Of a DNA stretch of 64,000 bases, positions 35,499 to 45,373 are shown piece by piece. Origin of the DNA: Candidatus Eiseniibacteriota bacterium (GTDB lineage Bacteria; Eisenbacteria; RBG-16-71-46); assembly GCA_041483195.1 (NCBI GenBank), contig JBGPFC010000005.1:6679-70678 (forward strand). Reading direction: 5' to 3'. A program made the position numbers and the translations under genes. Each line of letters starts with the position of its first letter. Position 1 is the first letter of the stretch. Below the pieces are notes generated by a model. It was not told where the DNA came from. It worked only from the letters and a program-made list of their open reading frames with translations, and made no database searches.

Positions 35499-36646
35499 TG
35501 CCGGAATCCCGCGCCCGCCTCGACGGGCCAGACCCCGCGTGGAGCAAGGGCGATCCGACGCCACTCGTTCCCGGGTGGCGCGGCGTGGTGGGCGAGATCG
35601 AAGCGCTCGACCCCGACGTCGCGCGGGCGACGTCCGAATACGCGGAGGCGCTGGCCGGCGCCTCGGGCGCCGAGGCGCTCACCGCCGCGCACACCGCGGC
35701 GCTGGGGCGCGAGCGCGGCGCACTCACCGCTGCGCTCGGCGAGCTGCCGAAGCTCTCGATCGACCGCCGCAAGACCCGCGGCCGCGCGCTCAATCTCGCG
35801 AAGCGCCTGCTCACCGAGATCGAGGCCAACCGGCGCCTCGCGCTGGAGCGCGAGGCCGACGTCAGGGGCGCGATCGACATCACGCTTCCGGGGCGCAAGC
35901 CTTGGGTGGGCCGCCGCCACGTCCTCGCGCGCATCCGCGACGAGATGCTCGACCTGTTCCACGGGCTGGGCTATTCCGTCTACCAGAGCCCCGAGGTCGA
36001 GAGCGACGAATACAACTTCGCCAAGCTCAACTTCCCACCTGACCATCCGGCGCGCGATGCGCACGACACCTACTTCGTGAGCGACGAGGTGGTGCTCCGC
36101 ACCCACACCTCGCCGGGCTGGGTGCGCGCGATGGAGGAACGCAAGCCTCCGCTCCGGCTCGTCTTTCCGGGGCGCGTGTATCGCGCCGAGCAGGTGGACG
36201 CGAGCCACATGGACCAGTTTCACCAGGTGGATGGATTGTTCGTCGACCGCGACGTCTCGATGGCGGACCTCAAGGCCACGCTCAACACGTTCGCGCGCTC
36301 GATCTTCGGCAGCCAGGTCCGCACCCGGCTGATCCCCATCTACTTTCCGTTCGTGGAGCCCGGCTGCCAGCTCGACGTCGCCTGCGCGATTTGCGACGGC
36401 ACGGGTCGCATCCGCGAGGGCGGCGCGGAGCGCCGCTGCGCGGTGTGCAAGGGCTCGGGATGGATCGAGCTGCTGGGGGCGGGGATGGTGCACCCCAACG
36501 TGTTTCGCGCGGTGGGCTACGACCCCGAGGAGGTCACGGGCTTCGCGTTCGGCATGGGGCTCGAGCGCATCGCGATGATGCGCTACGGGATTCCCGAGAT
36601 CCGGCTGTTCCTCGAAAACGACGTGAGGTTCCTCGAGCAGTTCTGA
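35498..36646 (+). CDS. pheS: phenylalanine--tRNA ligase alpha subunit (with a Cys4 zinc-ribbon insert)
   Basis: Its ATG overlaps the rplT stop as TAATG. FPPDHPARDAHDTYF and FPFVEP...GWIELLGAGMVHPNVF match PheS. The insert reads CQLDVACAIC...CAVCKG. Confidence 0.9.
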   Translation: MPESRARLDGPDPAWSKGDPTPLVPGWRGVVGEIEALDPDVARATSEYAEALAGASGAEALTAAHTAALGRERGALTAALGELPKLSIDRRKTRGRALNLAKRLLTEIEANRRLALEREADVRGAIDITLPGRKPWVGRRHVLARIRDEMLDLFHGLGYSVYQSPEVESDEYNFAKLNFPPDHPARDAHDTYFVSDEVVLRTHTSPGWVRAMEERKPPLRLVFPGRVYRAEQVDASHMDQFHQVDGLFVDRDVSMADLKATLNTFARSIFGSQVRTRLIPIYFPFVEPGCQLDVACAICDGTGRIREGGAERRCAVCKGSGWIELLGAGMVHPNVFRAVGYDPEEVTGFAFGMGLERIAMMRYGIPEIRLFLENDVRFLEQF

Positions 36647-36713
36647 GGCCGCCTGGCGCGGCCGCCCCCGGCGTGACGCACGCCGCACCCCTCACCGCAT
36701 TCCGGAGCCGCTC

Positions 36714-38543
36714 ATGAAGAAGCTGCTGCTGCGCACGCTCGCGGTGCTGGCGATCGCCGCCGCCGTGTTCGTCGTTCCCACCGTGTGGCTCAAGCCCTGG
36801 TCGATCGACCACTACTACGCGCGCGTGTTCATCCGCTATGCGCTCCGCCATCCGGAGCTGCTGTCGCAGCTCGGCATCCTGGACGGCACGCCGTTCGACG
36901 GGTACGCGAGCCGGCTCGACGACCGGTCGCCAGACTTCGAGCGCCGCGAGTCGCGGCAGGTGGCGGACGAGCTGCGCACGCTTCACAGCTACGATCGCGC
37001 CGGCATGTCCGAGAGCGCGCGACTCTCGGCCGACGTGCTCGAATGGTTCCTCGACGATCAGGTGCGCGAGAGCGCCTTCCAGTTCTACGACTACCCGGTG
37101 AACCAGCTGTTCGGCGTACAGAGCGGGCTGCCCGAGTTCATGATGTCGGTGCACGCGCTCAGGCGTCCGCGCGACGCTGAGCACTACGTCGCGCGCCTCT
37201 CGCGCTTCGGCGAAGCGATGGACCAGACCATCCAGGGTCTCGAGCTGCGGCGGGGGATGGGCATCGTGCCGCCGCGCTTCGTGCTCGAGCGGGTGCTGAA
37301 GGAGATGCGCGACTTCGCGTCCGGGCCGGCGGCCGCGAACCCGCTGGTCGTCACGTTCGCGGCGCGCATCGACAGCATCCGCGGACTCGGAGCGGCCGAA
37401 AAGCAGGCGCTGATCTCCCGCGCCACGCACGAGGTGGAGGGCACGGTGTTCCCGGCGTACGCGCGGCTCATCGCGTGTTGCGCGAGCCTCGAGACGGTCT
37501 CAACCACCGACGACGGCGTGTGGAAATTTCCGCGGGGCGACCGCTACTACGACCAGTGCCTGCGTGCCCGCACCACGACCGATCTGCCCGCCGACACCAT
37601 TCACGCGATGGGGCTGCGCGAGCTGGATCGCATCCAGTCGGAGATGCGCGGCATCCTGCGCGCGCACGGGATCCAGGCCGGCGATCTCGGGGCCGCGATG
37701 CAGAAGCTGGCGAAGGAGCCGCGCTTTCACTACCCGCCCGGCGATTCCGGACGGGCGCTGCTGCTCGCGGAATACCAGCGCATCATCGACGATGCGGATC
37801 ACCGGGTCGGCGCGCTCTTCGACCTGCGGCCCCACACCGGCGTCAAGGTCCAGCGCGTCCCAGCGTTCCGCGAGGCGACCGCGCCCGCCGCGTACTACAA
37901 CTCGGCGAGCCTCAGCGGCTCGCGCCCCGGCATCTTCTTCGTGAACCTGCGCGACCCGGCCGCGACGCGCCGGATGGAGATGCGCACGCTCGCCTACCAC
38001 GAGGCGATCCCCGGCCACCACTTCCAGCTCACGATCGCGCAGGAGCTGAAGGGGCTCCCGTTCTTCCGGAAGATCATCCCGTTCACGGCCTACGTCGAAG
38101 GCTGGGGGCTCTACGCCGAGCATCTCGCCTACGAGAACGGCTTCCAGCGCGACGCCTACGATTCTCTCGGCGCGCTGCAGGCCGAGCTGTTCCGCGCCGT
38201 GCGGCTGGTGGTGGACACCGGCATTCACAGGGAGCGCTGGAGCCGGCAGCAGGCGATCGACTTCATGGTGCGCAACACCGGCATGGACACCAGCGAGGTC
38301 GTGAGCGAGGTCGAGCGCTACATCGTGAACCCGGGGCAGGCGTGCGCATACAAGGTCGGCGAGCTGGAGCTGCTCGAGCTCAGGCAGCGCGCTAAGGACG
38401 CGCTCGGATCGCGCTTCGACATCCGCAAGTTCCACGACGTCGTGCTCGGCAACGGCGCGTTGCCGCTGTCGATCCTCTCGCGCCAGGTGGACGAGTGGAT
38501 CGCGGCCGAGAAGCGATCGGCCGCGCAATCGAGCAAGGGCTAG
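36714..38543 (+). CDS. DUF885-family protein (secreted/lipoprotein-like, putative metallopeptidase) inserted between pheS and pheT
   Basis: Signal peptide MKKLLLRTLAVLAIAAAVFVV. HEAIPGHHFQ and the overall pattern match DUF885. Confidence 0.75.
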   Translation: MKKLLLRTLAVLAIAAAVFVVPTVWLKPWSIDHYYARVFIRYALRHPELLSQLGILDGTPFDGYASRLDDRSPDFERRESRQVADELRTLHSYDRAGMSESARLSADVLEWFLDDQVRESAFQFYDYPVNQLFGVQSGLPEFMMSVHALRRPRDAEHYVARLSRFGEAMDQTIQGLELRRGMGIVPPRFVLERVLKEMRDFASGPAAANPLVVTFAARIDSIRGLGAAEKQALISRATHEVEGTVFPAYARLIACCASLETVSTTDDGVWKFPRGDRYYDQCLRARTTTDLPADTIHAMGLRELDRIQSEMRGILRAHGIQAGDLGAAMQKLAKEPRFHYPPGDSGRALLLAEYQRIIDDADHRVGALFDLRPHTGVKVQRVPAFREATAPAAYYNSASLSGSRPGIFFVNLRDPAATRRMEMRTLAYHEAIPGHHFQLTIAQELKGLPFFRKIIPFTAYVEGWGLYAEHLAYENGFQRDAYDSLGALQAELFRAVRLVVDTGIHRERWSRQQAIDFMVRNTGMDTSEVVSEVERYIVNPGQACAYKVGELELLELRQRAKDALGSRFDIRKFHDVVLGNGALPLSILSRQVDEWIAAEKRSAAQSSKG

Positions 38544-38697
38544 GCATGGCACCGCCCCGCGACCGCACGCCGGCGCGCGGAGGCGCCAGCCGCGCCGCGC
38601 CCGGCCTTCTGTTCCCGCCGCGCAGTTGCTACATTCCGAGATTCGCGTCGAACCCGCCGCGGGTTCCGGCGCCGAACCCGAGGCCCGAGGATTCCCC

Positions 38698-41124
38698 GTG
38701 AAGCTGCCGATCTCCTGGCTGCGCGAATGGATCGAGCTGGACGCGACGGCGGAAGCCGTGGCGGACGCGCTCACCCGCCGCGGCTTCTACGTCGAGGGCA
38801 TCGAGACCCACGGCCATGCGTACCCGGGCGTCGTGGTCGCGCGCGTGATCGAGGTGAGCCGCCATCCGAACGCCGACCGCCTGTCGCTGTGCCGCGTGGA
38901 CGGAGGCGCCGGCGAGCTGCAGGTGGTGTGCGGCGCGCCGAACGTGACGGCCGGAATGCTCGCTCCGCTCGCCACGGTGGGCGCGCGGCTTCCGAACGGC
39001 GTCGTGATCGGCGCCAGCAAGATCCGCGGCGTGGAGAGCCAGGGCATGCTGTGCTCCCCGCGCGAGCTCGAGATGTCGGACGAGCACCAGGGCATCCTCG
39101 ATCTGGTGGCGCATCTCGGCAGCGGCGAGGGCCTGACCGCGGGGCGTCCGCTCGATCAGCTGCTGGGCCCGGCCGAACAGGTGCTCGAAGTCGAGGTGCC
39201 GTTCAATCGCCCCGACGCGCTCGGCATCGTCGGACTCGCCCGCGAGGTCCGCGCGGCGCTCGACGGGCGCTGGACCGCCGCCGCGAGCGCGCGGCTCGCG
39301 AACCGCTGGCAGGGCCGCGCCGACTTCGACCTCGAGCTGGAGGACGCGGAGGGTTGTCCGCGTTACCTCGCGCAGGTCGTCGAGGAGATCGAGGTGGTCC
39401 CCTCGCCGGCGTGGCTCCGGCGCCGCCTGGAATCCATGGGCCAGCGCGCGATCAACCTGATCGTGGATCTCACGAACTTCGTGCTGTTCGAGTACGGGCA
39501 GCCGCTCCACGCGTTCGACCTCGCCTCGCTGCGCGGCCCGGCGATCCGCGTGCGCCGCGCGCGGGCCGGCGAGCGCATCGTCACGCTCGACGCGAAGGAT
39601 CGCGCGCTCGATCCGGAAGTGCTGGTGATCGCCGATCGAGAGCGTCCGGTCGCGATCGCGGGCGTCATGGGGGGCGCCGAGACCGAGGTGACGAGCGCGA
39701 CGCGAACGCTGCTGCTCGAATGCGCGTGGTTCCACCCGCGGCGCATCCGCCGCGGCGCACGCGCGCTCGGTCTCGCCACCGAGGCCTCGAAGCGCTACGA
39801 GCGCGGCGTGGACCCCGAGATCGGGCCGGCCGCAGCGGCGCGCTTTCTCGCGCTGCTCAAGGAAACGCTGCCCGGCGTCCGGCCCGCCGCAGCGCGCGAG
39901 CGCAATACGCTCGACGGCAAACGGCGAACGCTCACGCTGCGCCCTTCGCGCTGTACGCGGCTGCTGGGCCTCGCCGTCACCGCGCCCGAGATGAGGCGAC
40001 ACCTCGAGAGCTTCGAGTTCGCGGTCGAGGCCGGCGATCCGCTGCGCGTCACGGTGCCCCCGTGGCGCTCCGACATCGCGTTCGAGGACGACCTGGTCGA
40101 GGAGGTGGCGCGGGCGAACGGCTACGATCGCATCCCGGAAGCGCCGCTCGAGACGCGCGGCCGCTACGCGACGCGTTCCGCGCTCGAGCGCACGCTCGAA
40201 GCGGCGCGGGTCGCGATGCTGGCGCGCGGCCTCACCGAAGCCTGGACGACCTCGCTGCTCGGCGAACGCGAGGCGCTCACGACCGCCGGGCTGCTCGGCG
40301 AGGAACCCCGGCTGGTGCGCCTGCGAAATCCGATGAGCCGCGAGGGCGAGTGCCTGCGCCCGAGCCCGGTGGCCGGCCTGTTGCGCGCCTGCGCGCACAA
40401 CCTCCGGCAGGGTCGCGCCGCCGTGCGACTCTTCGAAGTGGGGACCGGGTTCCGCGATCTCGGCGGGAAGCTTCCGGAGGAGCGACCCATGCTCGCGGCG
40501 CTGGTGACCGGCGCACCGGACGCGCACGCCCACGATCCGGCCCGGCCGCCGGTGGACTTCGAGCAGGCGAAGGGGCTGTGGGAGGCGTGGCTCGACGAGA
40601 TGCGCGTTGACACCCCCCAATGGCGGACCTATTCTGCGCCCGGCTGGAAACCCGGTGCCAGCGCGGAGGTTGCAAGCGGCACTTCGCGCATTGGTTGGAC
40701 GGGGACGCTGAGCCAGTCGCTGCTCCGTGAGTGGGACATCGAGGTCCCCGCGCGCCACGACGTTCATCTTTTCGTGGCGCTTCTGGAACCGCTCTCCCGT
40801 TCCGAGGCGGCGCGCCCTCGGGTCCTGCTCCCCGGGCGCTTCCCGCCGGTTCGTCGCGATGTCGCCTTCTTCGTTCCCGAACACGTGACCCATCGCGAAG
40901 TCGAACAGGCGCTGGCCGGCGCGGCCGGGGAGCGGCTGGCCTCGATCGAGGTGTTCGATGTCTACGCGGGTCCCGGCACGCCGAAGGGCATGAAAAGTCT
41001 CGCGTACGCGCTTCAGTTCCAGCATTCTGAGCGCACGTTGACGGAAGCCGAAGTTCAAACCATCCAGGATCGCATGACGGCGGCCGTGACCGCAGCGTGC
41101 GGCGGCCAATTGAGAGAACGATGA
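38698..41124 (+). CDS. pheT: phenylalanine--tRNA ligase beta subunit
   Basis: GTG start with a GAGGA ribosome-binding site 6 nt upstream. MKLPISWLREWIEL, a tRNA-binding OB fold, B3/4, B5 and FDX-ACB domains. The ORF's 24-codon upstream extension is rejected. Confidence 0.88.
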   Translation: MKLPISWLREWIELDATAEAVADALTRRGFYVEGIETHGHAYPGVVVARVIEVSRHPNADRLSLCRVDGGAGELQVVCGAPNVTAGMLAPLATVGARLPNGVVIGASKIRGVESQGMLCSPRELEMSDEHQGILDLVAHLGSGEGLTAGRPLDQLLGPAEQVLEVEVPFNRPDALGIVGLAREVRAALDGRWTAAASARLANRWQGRADFDLELEDAEGCPRYLAQVVEEIEVVPSPAWLRRRLESMGQRAINLIVDLTNFVLFEYGQPLHAFDLASLRGPAIRVRRARAGERIVTLDAKDRALDPEVLVIADRERPVAIAGVMGGAETEVTSATRTLLLECAWFHPRRIRRGARALGLATEASKRYERGVDPEIGPAAAARFLALLKETLPGVRPAAARERNTLDGKRRTLTLRPSRCTRLLGLAVTAPEMRRHLESFEFAVEAGDPLRVTVPPWRSDIAFEDDLVEEVARANGYDRIPEAPLETRGRYATRSALERTLEAARVAMLARGLTEAWTTSLLGEREALTTAGLLGEEPRLVRLRNPMSREGECLRPSPVAGLLRACAHNLRQGRAAVRLFEVGTGFRDLGGKLPEERPMLAALVTGAPDAHAHDPARPPVDFEQAKGLWEAWLDEMRVDTPQWRTYSAPGWKPGASAEVASGTSRIGWTGTLSQSLLREWDIEVPARHDVHLFVALLEPLSRSEAARPRVLLPGRFPPVRRDVAFFVPEHVTHREVEQALAGAAGERLASIEVFDVYAGPGTPKGMKSLAYALQFQHSERTLTEAEVQTIQDRMTAAVTAACGGQLRER

Positions 41125-41420
41125 CCGAAACCCCTCAGCTGATGCAGAGCGATCTCGACCGGCTCGCCGAGCGCGTCGAGAAGGCGGCGGCGCTGGTGCA
41201 ATCGCTCCGCGATGACCGCACGCGCCTCGAGCGCGAGCGCGACGAGGTCGCGCGTCGCATGCACGATCTCGAACAGAAGCTTCAGGGCCAGGACGCGTCG
41301 GCGCTCCTCCAGGAGCTGAGCGCGCTCAAGCGCGAGCAGCGGGAGTGGACGAGCGAGCGCCGCGACGTGGCCTCTCGAATCGAGTCGCTGGTCAAGAAGC
41401 TCGAGCGACTCGAGGGCTGA
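41121..41420 (+). CDS. small coiled-coil protein (ZapB-like?), translationally coupled to pheT
   Basis: ATGA overlap at 41121-41124. The heptad-rich sequence LDRLAERVEKAAALVQSLRDDRTRLERERDEVARRMHDLEQKLQ... sits immediately upstream of zapA. Confidence 0.55.
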   Translation: MTETPQLMQSDLDRLAERVEKAAALVQSLRDDRTRLERERDEVARRMHDLEQKLQGQDASALLQELSALKREQREWTSERRDVASRIESLVKKLERLEG

Positions 41421-41537
41421 ACCCTGCCCGCTCCGCGGCGCTCCGTGGCGAATCGGCCGCGGAGGGCGGGCGGAACCGGACAGGCCGACCACAACGACAT
41501 CATGGAACGCAGGGAAACGCGGTGAAGCGAGGGTCCC

Positions 41538-41840
41538 ATGGACGCCAAGAATCTGGTCCAGGTCCAGATCTTCGGTCATAGCTACAGCATTCGCGGCGAA
41601 GCGGATCAGGCCTACATCCTGGAAGTCGCCGCGTACGTCGACCGCAAGATGCGCGAGATCACCGAGAAGCTCCCGGTGGCCTCGCTGTCCAAGGTGGCGA
41701 TTCTCGCCTCTCTCAACATCGCAGACGAGCTGTTCAAGGAGCGCGCGCGCCAGCAGACCCAGTCGCAGCAGCTGACCCATCAGGCGGCGCGTCTCAACGC
41801 GGTCCTGGATCATTTGCTCGAGGACGGCCCATCGCGATGA
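41538..41840 (+). CDS. zapA: cell division protein ZapA
   Basis: VQVQIFGHSYSIRGEADQAYILEVAAYVDRKMREI...VAILASLNIADELF is the canonical ZapA pattern. Confidence 0.8.
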   Translation: MDAKNLVQVQIFGHSYSIRGEADQAYILEVAAYVDRKMREITEKLPVASLSKVAILASLNIADELFKERARQQTQSQQLTHQAARLNAVLDHLLEDGPSR

Positions 41841-41871
41841 TGGGAGGATCGTAGCCAGCAGCCTCACCGTG

Positions 41872-42068
41872 TAATCCCTGCCGTGCTCGTGATGCCACAA
41901 CGTTCTTGAACCAACACTTTCGTTCAGGGTGATCCGGTGGCCGGCGACGTCGAGCCGCGGCTCCCGCGAGGGAACGCGGAGGACCGACCCGGTCGTAAGG
42001 AGCACCCACCTGGCTCGCCAGGTCTCAAGAACGAGCGGGCACACGGCAATTCGGCGGGGAGTTGTTCC
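41872..42068 (+). ncRNA. ssrS: candidate 6S RNA (SsrS) or other structured ncRNA in the zapA-rny intergenic region
   Basis: The 278-nt non-coding gap shows long-range complementarity. 41880-85 GCCGTG pairs with 42042-47 CACGGC. 41901-12 CGTTCTTGAACC pairs with 42021-33. The two helices are separated by an asymmetric 15-nt bubble on the 5' strand, with internal hairpins such as CCGCG-agggaa-CGCGG. The motif TTGAACCAA...GTTCAGGG resembles a segment of E. coli 6S RNA, and zapA-ssrS synteny is classic. Confidence 0.4.
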
Positions 42069-42118
42069 CTGCCTGCGGCCCCGGGGCGTTCGCGCTCCGG
42101 GGCGCGGGGGAGATCGGA

Positions 42119-43681
42119 ATGAACAACCTCACCTGGATCGGCGGCATCGCCATCGGTGCCGTCTTGGCGTTTGCGGCGGGCTACCTGCTCCGCGCGCGGC
42201 TGGGACGTCTCAAGCTGGACAGCGCCGAGCGGCAGGCGCGCGGACTGCTCGAGCAGGCGGCGCGCGACGCCGAGGGCGTGAAGCGCAACGCGGTGCTCGA
42301 AGGCCGCGAGGAGGCGCTGCGGCACAAGCAGCAGGTCGAGCGCGAGACCCAGGCGGCGCGCGGCACCCAGCTCGCGGCCGAACGGGCGTTCCAGGAGAAG
42401 GAAGCGGCCTTCAATCGGCGCGTCGAGCTGATCGAGAAGAAGGACCGCGACCAGAAGCGCGTCGAGCAGGAGATCGCAGCGCGCGAGCAGGCGGTGTCCC
42501 GCCGCAACGGCGATCTCGACCGGCTGATCGGCGAGCAGACCACGCGCCTCGAGAAGATCGCGGGGCTCAGCGCGGACGAGGCGCGGGCGCAACTGCTCGC
42601 GAGCATCGAGAGCGAGGCGCGGGCGGAGGCCTCGCGGCTGGTCGCCGAGGTGCGCGACAGCGCGCAGCGCAACGCGGAGCGTGAGGCGCGAAAGATCATC
42701 ACGCTCGCCATCCAGCGCTTCGCCGCCGATCACGCCTCCGAATCGTCGGTGTCCGTGGTCCATCTGCCGAGCGACGACATGAAGGGCCGCATCATCGGTC
42801 GCGAGGGCCGCAACATCCGCTCGTTCGAGATCATCACCGGGGTGGACGTCATCATCGACGACACGCCGGAGGCCGTGATCCTCTCGGGCTTCGACCCGGT
42901 GCGCCGCGAGATCGCGCGGCTGGCCCTCGAGCGGCTGGTCGCCGACGGCCGGATCCACCCCGCGCGCATCGAGGAGGTCGTGGCCAAGGTGCGGACCGAG
43001 GTCGAGAACAAGATCCGCGAGCTGGGCGAGATGGCCTGCCTCGAGGTCGGCGTTCACGGTATCCACGCGGAGCTGCAGAACACCCTGGGCCGGCTCCACT
43101 ACCGCACGTCGTACGGGCAGAACATCCTGCGCCACTCGATCGAGGTCGCGCACCTCGCGGGGATGATGGCGGCCGAGATCGGCATGGACCAGAAGATGGC
43201 GAAGCGCGGCGGGCTGATGCACGACATCGGCAAGGCGATCGACCACGACCACGAGGGGACGCATCCGGCGCTCGGCATGGAGCTGGCCGCCCGTTTCGGC
43301 GAGCCCCAGCCGGTGCTCGAGGCGATCGGCTATCACCACGACGACTACTCGGGCGGCAGCCTGTGGCCGGTGCTGATCTCGGCGGCCGACGCGATCTCGG
43401 GCGCTCGCCCCGGCGCCCGGCGCGAGAGCCTCGAGATCTACATCAAGCGCCTCGAGGCGCTCGAGAAGATCGCGAACGGTTTCCCGGGCGTCGAAAAGTC
43501 GTACGCGATCCAGGCCGGGCGCGAAGTGCGCATCATGGTCGAGCACGGCCGGGTGGACGATGCGCGCGCCCAGGGGCTCGCGAGCGAGATCGCGCGCCGG
43601 ATCGAGAAGGAGCTCCAGTATCCGGGCCAGATCCGCGTGACCGTGATCCGCGAAACGCGCGCCGTGGACTACGCGAAGTAG
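42119..43681 (+). CDS. rny: ribonuclease Y
   Basis: N-terminal TM helix, a coiled-coil, a KH domain ([15 protein letters not shown]) and an HD domain ([17 protein letters not shown]...LMHDIGKA). Confidence 0.92.
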   Translation: MNNLTWIGGIAIGAVLAFAAGYLLRARLGRLKLDSAERQARGLLEQAARDAEGVKRNAVLEGREEALRHKQQVERETQAARGTQLAAERAFQEKEAAFNRRVELIEKKDRDQKRVEQEIAAREQAVSRRNGDLDRLIGEQTTRLEKIAGLSADEARAQLLASIESEARAEASRLVAEVRDSAQRNAEREARKIITLAIQRFAADHASESSVSVVHLPSDDMKGRIIGREGRNIRSFEIITGVDVIIDDTPEAVILSGFDPVRREIARLALERLVADGRIHPARIEEVVAKVRTEVENKIRELGEMACLEVGVHGIHAELQNTLGRLHYRTSYGQNILRHSIEVAHLAGMMAAEIGMDQKMAKRGGLMHDIGKAIDHDHEGTHPALGMELAARFGEPQPVLEAIGYHHDDYSGGSLWPVLISAADAISGARPGARRESLEIYIKRLEALEKIANGFPGVEKSYAIQAGREVRIMVEHGRVDDARAQGLASEIARRIEKELQYPGQIRVTVIRETRAVDYAK

Positions 43682-43687
43682 GCGCGC

Positions 43688-45373
43688 GTGCTCAATCTCC
43701 TCTTCATCGCCGACGTCATCGGCTCGCCGGGCCGCGAGGTGGTCCGCGCGCTGCTGCCCGGGCTGCGCCGCAGGCACGACATCCACCTGGTGATCTGCAA
43801 CGCCGAGAACTCGGCGGCCGGATTCGGAGTCACCCGCGACGTGGCGCGCGAGCTGTTCGACTCCGGCATCGACGTGCTCACCGGCGGCAACCATCTGTGG
43901 GACAAGAAGGACTCGATGGACTACCTCGCCGATGAGCCGCGACTGGTGAGGCCCGCGAATCTTCCTCCGGGCACGCCGGGCGAGGGCTATCGCGTGTTCA
44001 AGGCGGCCGACGGCACGCCGGTGGCGGTGGTGAATCTCCTGGGCCGCGTCTTCATGAAAGAGGCGGACTGTCCGTTCCGGGCGATGGACCGGGTGCTCGC
44101 CGCGCTCAAGGATCAGTGCAAGGTCGTCGTCGTCGACTTCCACGCCGAGACCACCGCCGAGAAGGCGGCGATGGGCTGGCACCTCGACGGCCGCGCGAGC
44201 GCCGTGCTCGGCACCCACACCCACGTCCAGACCGCGGATGATCGCGTGCTGCCGAACGGCACGGCGTTCATCTGCGACGCGGGCATGACGGGCGGATTCG
44301 AATCGGTGATCGGGATGGACCGTCACGCCGCGCTGCGGCGGTTTCTGACGCTGCTGCCCGAGCGTCTCACGCCGGCGGGCGGCGATCCGCGCTTCAACGG
44401 CGTCGTGTTGCGGATCGATCCGGCGACCGGCCGCGCGCACTCGATCGAACGCCTCCAGATCCCGCACGCGCCCCCGCCGAAGGACGGCGCCCGCCGCCTG
44501 AGCGGAGAAGAACCGGCGATCGCGGTGCGGTACGCGGCGCGGCTCGAGGTCGAGCAGCTGATCACGGCCGGGGTCACGCCCGCGCTGGCGCTGATCTCGG
44601 TGGGCGAGGATCCCGCATCGAGGATCTACCTCAAGCGCAAGGCCGAGGCCTGCGCCGAGGTGGGGATCGCGGTCCGCCGCGTCTCGATCGAGGCCGGCGC
44701 CGACACCGCGGGCGTGATCGAGCGGGTGCGCGCGCTGGGCGCCAATCCGGACGTGCACGGCATCCTGATCCAGCTCCCGCTCGCTCCGCCCCTGGACCCG
44801 CGGGCAGTGCTCGAAGCCATCCCGCCCGGCAAGGACGTCGATGGATTCCATCCGGTCAACGCCGGCGCGCTCGCGCTCGGGCTGCCGGGATTCGTGCCGG
44901 CGACGCCGCGCGGCATCCTCGAGCTGCTGCGCTACCACCAGATCCCGCTCGCCGGAAAACACGCGGTGGTGCTGGGCCGCAGCAACATCGTGGGGCGGCC
45001 GCTCGCGACGCTGTTGTCGAGCCGCGGCGTCGACATGACGGTCACGCTCGGTCACAGCGCGAGCGGCCTCGCGCTCCCCGCGTTGGCGCGCGAGGCCGAC
45101 GTGCTGGTGGCCGCGATCGGCCGGCCCGAGTTCGTCACCGCGGACTGGGTGAAACCCGGCGCGACCGTGGTGGACGTGGGCATGCATCGCGTGCCGTCGC
45201 CGGACGATCGCCGCGGCACTCGCCTCACCGGCGACGTCGACGCGGCTGCGGTCGCGCGGGTCGCGGGGGCGCTCACCCCGGTCCCGGGCGGAGTGGGGCC
45301 CATGACGGTCGCGATGGTGGTCGCGAACACCGTGCTGGCCGCACAGCGTCAGGCCGCCGCCGCGAAGGTGTGA
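43688..45373 (+). CDS. folD: fusion protein: YmdB-like metallophosphoesterase (aa 1 to about 262) fused to bifunctional methylene-THF dehydrogenase/cyclohydrolase FolD (aa about 280-561)
   Basis: GTG start. The N-terminal half aligns along its whole length with B. subtilis YmdB (ADVIGSPGR, NAENSAAGFG, GGNHLWDKK, DFHAETTAEK, GTHTHVQTAD, DAGMTG). After a linker HAPPPKDGARRLSGEEP with no stop and no internal ribosome-binding site or start, a complete FolD follows (ISVGEDPASRIYLKRK, DVDGFHPVNAG, GRSNIVGRP, TPVPGGVGPMTVAMV). Confidence 0.85.
   Translation: MLNLLFIADVIGSPGREVVRALLPGLRRRHDIHLVICNAENSAAGFGVTRDVARELFDSGIDVLTGGNHLWDKKDSMDYLADEPRLVRPANLPPGTPGEGYRVFKAADGTPVAVVNLLGRVFMKEADCPFRAMDRVLAALKDQCKVVVVDFHAETTAEKAAMGWHLDGRASAVLGTHTHVQTADDRVLPNGTAFICDAGMTGGFESVIGMDRHAALRRFLTLLPERLTPAGGDPRFNGVVLRIDPATGRAHSIERLQIPHAPPPKDGARRLSGEEPAIAVRYAARLEVEQLITAGVTPALALISVGEDPASRIYLKRKAEACAEVGIAVRRVSIEAGADTAGVIERVRALGANPDVHGILIQLPLAPPLDPRAVLEAIPPGKDVDGFHPVNAGALALGLPGFVPATPRGILELLRYHQIPLAGKHAVVLGRSNIVGRPLATLLSSRGVDMTVTLGHSASGLALPALAREADVLVAAIGRPEFVTADWVKPGATVVDVGMHRVPSPDDRRGTRLTGDVDAAAVARVAGALTPVPGGVGPMTVAMVVANTVLAAQRQAAAAKV

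Noticed and set aside
41421-41537. GC hairpin (CCGCTCCGCGGC...GCCGCGGAGGGCGG) between the coiled-coil gene and zapA as a terminator
   Set aside because: No U-tract follows it, and zapA appears co-transcribed. It may be an RNA processing or stability element, but I cannot support a call.
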